From assembly GCF_006345805.1 (NCBI RefSeq), contig NC_043005.1:69316001-69380000 (forward strand): 64,000 nt of DNA, given 5' to 3'. The translations under genes and the position numbers were made by a program. The notes under the pieces are model-generated. The model was given only the letters and a program-made list of their open reading frames with translations, had not been told where the DNA came from and made no database searches. This document shows, one piece after another, positions 53,663 through 64,000 of the stretch; the stretch's first letter is position 1, and each line of letters starts with the position of its first letter. The DNA is from Octopus sinensis (Eukaryota).

Positions 53663-54779
53663 TCTTCTTTAATCATATGTATTGGTAATGAATATGTGAA
53701 GTCTAAACAAAATGAGCAGCACTTAATAGATTAGTAGAATTGGAAAATATTTGGAGTGCTGAATGTCCTACCGTTTCAGATTGTAAGGTAAATTCTTTGA
53801 TTAAAAGGAATACGAGTTTTTAACAGTTAAAAACTTCCGATTATGTCGCGGAGCATGTTGCATGTTGCATGTTCACGCAATTCATGTCAACACTTTAAAC
53901 TGCCTTTTTCAAACTCTTACTGCTCCCTTTTCTTTAATGCTTTTGAATAAAGGAATCATATCATTTATTATTTTGCATAGTCGCCGTATCGTTTTAACTG
54001 CAATACAGTTACGATATTCCATTGAGTACGTGAATGACAAAATCCGATAGAATTTTACAATAATCTTGTTCACTCAGAGGAAGTATCCATTTCGGATTAC
54101 ACAGGTGAAATGTTTAATCCTTTGCACATTTATTCGAGGAATATCTGTTTAGTGTTTGATCTTAAGCCATCATCAGATCCTTTAGTTTCCCTCTGTTAAC
54201 TTTCGCTACTCAGCCACTTTTGTTCTGAGTCGCGAATTTTCAAATACTTTCTTTTATCTTTTGAACTGCACATATATATGAACTTTTTCTAATTTTACCC
54301 TTTTTCGAAAATGTATCTTTTCGTGTTTTTCCCCTCTCGCTAACCACCATTACTTACAACCTTTTACTTATACATGGATGGCAATTCATTTTTGCTGAAA
54401 CGCTCCGCATCTAATGCATCTCATCCGTATTTCGTACTAGTCAACACACGAACATTGCTACGAGCTATAAAACTTCCTAAATGTTGACTGCGTATATAGA
54501 TCTTTAAAAAATTATTATGTGTTTCAATGCATGATGTAATGGTCTCAAACTACGATTGTTTTTAAGAACTAACAGAATCCATATCACAAGGGTCTATTAA
54601 ATCTGTTCACTTGTTACTTGGTCTGAGCTTCGCGTTTTATCTCTTATTTATTAAAGATAGGTAATTCTTAAGATGAGTTTAAAAACCAGCTCATCACCGG
54701 GATCTTTATAGTCGAATGAACATTCCTTCATGAAATTTGTAATTGTTGTCTTCTAATTTGATACGATTTTTATTTTCAC

Positions 54780-57700
54780 CATCATCTTCTTCCTATTCTG
54801 TTCCCATTTCTTGGCGAAGGTCTTCTTGTCACCTAGGGCAGAGAAATGCACGGTATACTTTCGTAGGCCATTAAAATAAACACACCAGGTTTTTCATATA
54901 CAAAGTCATGTGTTAAAGAAAAAAGGCAAGAAAGACAGATGGAAAAAGAAAAAATATAGAAATATAAAAAATTAAAGTGGGAAATGGAAAGAAAGTTTCA
55001 ATGGAATTCAGCCCAACGCTCCCATCATTACTGGTATAACTTTTACATTACCCTCTCGCATTTCATACAGTCTTGCCATTTTCACTTTCAATTGAGAGTA
55101 CTTGGTGATTTTTTCAACCACTTTACTCACAAAGTTCATGTCATTTGGTATGGCTTGGTCAATGATCTTACAGTATTTGTCTCTCGTATTCAGTATCACA
55201 TTATCCGGCCGACAGTTTTCGATTACACGATCCGTCTGAAAATCATAGTCAAAGAGTATCGTTACTCTTCCAACCTCCTGCATAACTTTACTTGGTACAT
55301 GCTCACACCAGTTCTCTGTTACTTCATATTGGTATGTACGGCATAAGATCCAATAAAAATACACACACAATTTATCGTGGCGGTGTTTGTATTCTTTTTG
55401 TTCAAGGCTTTCATATGCACTTACCAAGTGGGTCCCATTTTCCACACTCTGCATTTATAGGTGTCAGAAGTTTTATAGATGTTATACTTCACTGAATTGG
55501 TAACAAGAGCCTGGTCTTGTGCAGCAATGATCAGGCTTTCGGTGGTATGCGTCAAATCACCTCGCTCCAGCCATGCCAAAGACGTTGTATTATCCTTACG
55601 TCTTGTGTATTCCTTTCAAAATGTCCATACATTCTCATTTCAAGAAGGACTTCTTTTTTGTTTTCTCTTCAGCCCTTTGGTTAAAATCTTCCTTGCCTAT
55701 CATTTCATCTGCATTTACACCCACATCTTTTGTGGCATATTGCAGCAGATCTCCATCACTTTTTATCGAACACTCGGCAAGCATTCTCCTTATACTCCTT
55801 ATACACTGGTCTATACTAATTAATACTCTGCACCATTCTTTCTTTCCATATACAGCCTGTTTACCTTTGATTTAGGGGGTAGCGCCCCATGGAACTTCAT
55901 CGACTTTCGCGTCCTTCTATCGAGTGTTGATATTTCCTCCTTAGTCCATTAGAGGATGGACGCTCTATCTGGCCGCCGCAACTGCCCAGATATTCATTGC
56001 AGTAATTAAATGTTTGGTATTCAGGTTGGATTTCAACACAAACTTCCCTCATTTTTGATACACCTCGCCGGACTTCACTTCCATTTGTCTGTGTAGAATT
56101 ACATCCAGCTCCCAAATCCCTAGATACCTATACCCACTACCGTTGGGTTCACCCGTTTCTCTCCCGATGGTAACCACAATCCTGTGCAGGCTACTTTCTT
56201 CCTTCTTTTCATATTAAGTTCTAAGCATTCGGTAATCCCAAATTCCATACCGATTTCCCTACCACACCTCTGGACTGTTTTGGTTAAAGAATCTATCTGT
56301 TTTCTAGATCTCGCAAACAATTTTAGATAATTCAAAAAAAAAACACGTTTCAATGATGGGCCTTTCTTCACACATCAGTAAATGTTTTTTTCGATAATCA
56401 GGTGGTCCTTGGTCCCTTGAGAACACATCCTACACCCTTTGTGTTTCCTTGGTAATATTTGTTCCTGTGTCAGGAAAGTGTATGTCTTTATCTCACATAT
56501 TCCAGTGAGTATCTTCCAGATAATGTATAGGCATACTTTTGGGCGGTAGTTTCTCACAATATTCCTCTTTCGTCTATCTTTCATTATAAGCGTTGTCCTC
56601 ACAGTCACCAAAAGACAATTTAGTATTCTTTGCTTCTTAAGCTTTTGGACTGGTCTGGAATGTTCACGGAATATTTTGCAGTATCGTGATCATAATTTTG
56701 ATGACAATATTCCTTTATTTCTTTCCTGCGTGAAATTCTGCCTCGATAGCACATAATGATCCGCTCCAGAATTTCTTGGCTTCATTTCCATCAGGAGCAA
56801 CATTTACCCATTGTCTCAGAATGATCGGGTTATTTTCGAACAATCTGTTCTATTCGAACCGCTAATTTCTTTTCACAAATGTGACTATTTGCCATGATCC
56901 TCTGTTTTAACTGCTCTAGTACTGCATCAAACCAGTTCTTCTCTATTTTGTATTCCTTTTCTAATTTTTCTCTGTCGGTGTTGTTCCCATTTTCCAGTTT
57001 CCTCTTAACCATTGCTCAATTTTTACTAGATCTTGCCGGATCCGCGTTATGTCCCTTTTAATCTGTCGTCCCAATATCTTTTTACCTCACCATTTTCTGT
57101 TCTCTTAAGTTGTAATTTCTCCTCAACAAGTAGTACAATAATTTGGAGGAGATTCCTTGTTTGTGTTATGCCCTCCGTCTGAATTTATGGTATGACTATT
57201 TATCTTTTGTGTTAATTTATTTAACATACTTCTCATATTCATGGGGATTTTTTGTTCTGGAGCATTCATCAAGTCGATGAGTCGTCTTTGAACTTCAAGC
57301 AATTCCTTATCTAATTATCTAGTAGGTTTATTTCCCTTGCATATCCATCCAGCACGTTATCAGGGTTCGCTGTATAACTTTCCTCTTCCTCATCCATAAC
57401 AGCCCCATAACCATTCCCCTGTTCCTCCTGTCTACTGCTTTCAAATTCTTCCTCTCTGTTTTCAACTCCAACCATCCTTTGTAGCCCATCCGCAGGGTCA
57501 CCCAAACTCTCACTAATCCGAGATATTTCTACTCTAGTTGAGTAAACCTTTCTCCTAATCACTCTCTTGTTTCATTAATATATTTTCTGACAATGGACAC
57601 ATGTCCATTTCCATTGAGAATTTCAAGCTACGTCGGCCTACTCCGCGATTTGTTTCCAGCTTTGCTTTTTCCTGACATTCAATAGGTGTATCATACTCTT

Positions 57701-57820
57701 CTTCGCCCAAATATATGTCTGCTTTTGCGCACACAGCCTATGCCTTCTTTTATGGCATAACGACCGTCCGAGGAGAGATCACTGCATCTGATGCGTGCGG
57801 TTTCGGACGTGCCGTGTGGA
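54780..57820 (-). mobile_element. Decayed near-full-length R4/Dong-type (RLE-bearing) non-LTR retrotransposon
   Basis: RNYRPKVC..WKILTGI, MEFGITEC, NIWAVAAAR*S..LISIDQC. ORF 55008-55454 holds the decayed zinc-knuckle (ENGTHLVSA..YKHRHD), the restriction-like endonuclease motif NCRPDNV..IIDQAIP..KITKYSQL and the C-terminal VIPVMMGALG. Many stops and frameshifts. Confidence 0.9.
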
Positions 57821-58049
57821 AAATTTTACATGTTCGGCTATAGCTATTTACACGCCGTTAATTCTTTCATTGTTCTATTGCATAATGATTTCATGAGTCG
57901 TTCGTCAGTTTCTCACGAGAGATGCTATTGAGATACTATCACTCACTCCCGCTCTTTATTTGTATATAAAAGTGAACGTGTATATACATATACATACATA
58001 CATACACACACACACACGCATATATATACATATGGATATGTATGTATGT

Positions 58050-58212
58050 TCCCTTCTCGGGATCTTTCCTTCTCCTTTGTTTCCGACGAAGAGCTCCGCT
58101 CGAAACGTTATACCCCCCTTCCCTTCTTTCCTGAGCGTCCAATAATACTTTATTTGTTCCACGTCCTCGCGTTGCTGTGTTTTTTTTGTGTTTTCTTGTT
58201 TGGATTAACTTT

Positions 58213-58225
<13 letters not shown>
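58050..58225 (+). mobile_element. Family H2 element with hammerhead-like fold (58079-58113)
   Basis: gtttccgacgaagagctccgctcgaaacgttatac; homologous to 17985-18200 and 63760-63960. Confidence 0.85.
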
Positions 58226-58272
<47 letters not shown>

Positions 58273-58622
58273 TATATATATATGTACATACATGTTCACT
58301 TGTATATACAAATAAAGAGAGGGAGAGAGTGATAGAGACTCAATAACAATATAAATAGATAACGTACTTCCACTTAGTGGCCTCTATAACCACAGTTATC
58401 ATTACCACCATCTTCCGACTAATAGCATTGAAAAATCTCAATAATAGTATGGGGCCCAGTATGTTGCAGCATATCTTCGATACTGTTTATCAAATACTCG
58501 GCAAACGTCCCCTTTTCACTCCTTATATAATGAATTATACTAATTACTCCTCTGCCACCCTTCTTTCTTTTCATATGAAGTTTGTTTACGTTTGCCGTTT
58601 TTTAAACCCCAATGAATTACTG

Positions 58623-61707
<3,085 letters not shown>

Positions 61708-61851
61708 GAATTATTATTATTATTATTATTTTCTCTTTATCACAGGATATAAAGCAATCATTTTTACAGGTCAGTTGACAAAAGCTCAATGTTCATATTT
61801 CCTCTTCCACGGGAGGGTACTTTCTCATCATCATCATCATCATCATTATTA

Positions 61852-61911
<60 letters not shown>

Positions 61912-61942
61912 CATTATTATTATCATCATCATAATATTATTA

Positions 61943-62050
61943 TTCAAATGCCACCGTGGCCGACTTTGCCTCTGAAAATTTCGGGATCGATAAAATTAAG
62001 TACCGGTGAAATACTGGAGTCGATCAAATCGACTAATCCTCTCTCCACAA
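61943..62050 (+). mobile_element. SINE family S2 body fragment
   Basis: ttcaaatgccaccgtggccgactttgcc..tcgggatcgataaaattaagtacc matches S2. Confidence 0.7.
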
Positions 62051-63680
62051 ATTTCATGCCTTGTACCTATAGTAGAATAGATCCTCCTCCTTCTCCTCCT
62101 CATCATCATAATTATCATCAGTATAATAATATGTATTGCTATTGTTGTTATCGTTGCTGTTGTTGCTATTATTGTTGTCGTTGTCGTTGTGCCGTTGCTA
62201 TAAGACTTGTTAATCTAAATTTCGCAAATTTTTGCGAAAACTAATTTTCCCAATATTTTGGGAATATATTGATATAATTCTAGTATACAAGTATACGCTG
62301 AGGAAATATAATTACAACATCAGCAAATATTCTGAAAAATATAATGAGTAAAAATATGAACAATGCCCTGCTTTTAGCGGCCATAACATTGGGCAAATAT
62401 TAATTTCTGAGACGAATGCATGATCTTAATAATTTATGGAATATGTGATAACGAGTGAAATGCCATAAAATATAGAAATGTATATCACTAATTATATACA
62501 CCGGTTTTCATTGTAAATATGAGTTCTCGTTAATCAGATTAATGTGTTTATTTTTCATTTCTATAATTTAGTAATTATAACTGTCATGTAAAATCTGCTT
62601 GTCTGCGTAAGTTTCTAAGCGACTGAAATTAATTAGTAATTTGATGTTAATTCATAATAAATATCATGTAAGCAATAACCGCATGTTACACTTCGGAACA
62701 TAATGTATGATATATAATGACAGTCAGACCAGAAATAAAATCAATCCAAATAAGTAATCTACGTAAAAAATTGCTGCCTGGTAAAATATGGCCATTCACA
62801 TCTCGTATCTTTTTGCATGCATATTAAACTTGTGGATCAATATGAAATATAGTTTTGGCAATACATTGAACAGAACAATAAAATCTGTTGCCAGAATTAT
62901 AATTTTGGGTGGAGCAAACAAAAGATTTTCACTCATTCCGTCCATTATTTGGAAATATGAGACAGACATAAGGGGAGAAAGATTGATATTTGATTAAATT
63001 AATGCGTCGCACTCACAAGTTTGCTTGTATCGAAACCGAGATGGACAGATTCGTAGAAAAACAACGTAGATGTGAATAAACAGCATGCATGAAACAATAT
63101 TTATATGAATGATCTAGGACAAGAGAGTTTTGTTAAATTTGTGTTGCACATGATTTTTTTAATTGTTTACAAGTGCCAGTTAAAGAGCTGATTTTTTTAT
63201 ATCGAACCTACTTGTTCAACTGCGATGAACAAAATATATTGAAAATATTGACAATTTTCTGAAGAATCCTTAGCAACGTTATATACAAATGATACTTTTA
63301 ATAACCTTGCTACAGTTATCCCAGGACGCAGTGGTATATTTGGATATCTAACCTGATGTTCCAAATATGTCAACGTGTTCTAGGATAGCTGCAGCTTAAA
63401 GAGATTGCAGTAAAATAAATAAACTTTGTGTGACATGGAAAAATTTCTCAACATGAACGATATAAATGAATGTATATCGATTTAATGAAACATGTTGAAT
63501 TCGTACGAATATATAGTCCCAAATATGAAATACTGTCTTCCCCACCAAATCTCTACCGTTCCAAAACAGCAGCTATCTCGAATTTCTAGGCCAGACCAAA
63601 CATAAAATACATCTTATTTGACTATAAGAGTCACTAGTTACTCCATTGCAGACATTCACATCACTAGAGTCTACCATATA

Positions 63681-63759
<79 letters not shown>

Positions 63760-63762
<3 letters not shown>

Positions 63763-63953
63763 GTGTGGACCGTTGGCCATTTTTTTCCTCTGTCTTCCCT
63801 TCTCTGGATTTTTCCTTCTCCTATGTTTCCGACGAAGAGCTCCGCTCGAAACGTTAAACCCTCCTTCTTTCCTTCTTTCCTGAGCGTCCAATAATACTAT
63901 ATTTGCTCCACGTCCTCGCGTTGCTGTGCTTTTTTGTGTTTTCTTGTTTGGAT

Positions 63954-63960
<7 letters not shown>
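63760..63960 (+). mobile_element. Family H2 element with best hammerhead-like fold (63825-63859), (TA)n tail
   Basis: GUUU-CCGACGA-A-GAGC-UCC-GCUC-GAAAC-GUU-AAAC; stems I and II are perfect. Confidence 0.85.

Positions 63961-64000
<40 letters not shown>

Overview
AT-rich eukaryotic DNA, intergenic or deep intronic, saturated with microsatellites and decayed transposons. The repeat families look like those of a coleoid cephalopod (Octopus); this is recognition from memory, not a search result. I found no intact protein-coding gene, rRNA, functional tRNA or CRISPR array. Almost all listed ORFs are microsatellite read-through or transposon relics. Recognisable relics: several Penelope-like elements (PLE; RT and GIY-YIG fragments), two R4/Dong-type non-LTR elements, a Tx1/L1 RT fragment, a Ty3/Gypsy RT fragment, a mariner, an RTE-type 5' UTR and several tRNA-derived SINE families. 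The best signal is a repeated composite unit: [PLE GIY-YIG 3' end] - [tRNA-like A/B-box head] - [(AAT)n] - [minimal type I hammerhead ribozyme fold] - tail. It often occurs with an inverted copy of its own tail, as PLE insertions do. Two further repeat families carry a hammerhead-like fold with a variant CCGANGA core. All alignments and folds were done by eye; novelty and activity are unverified.
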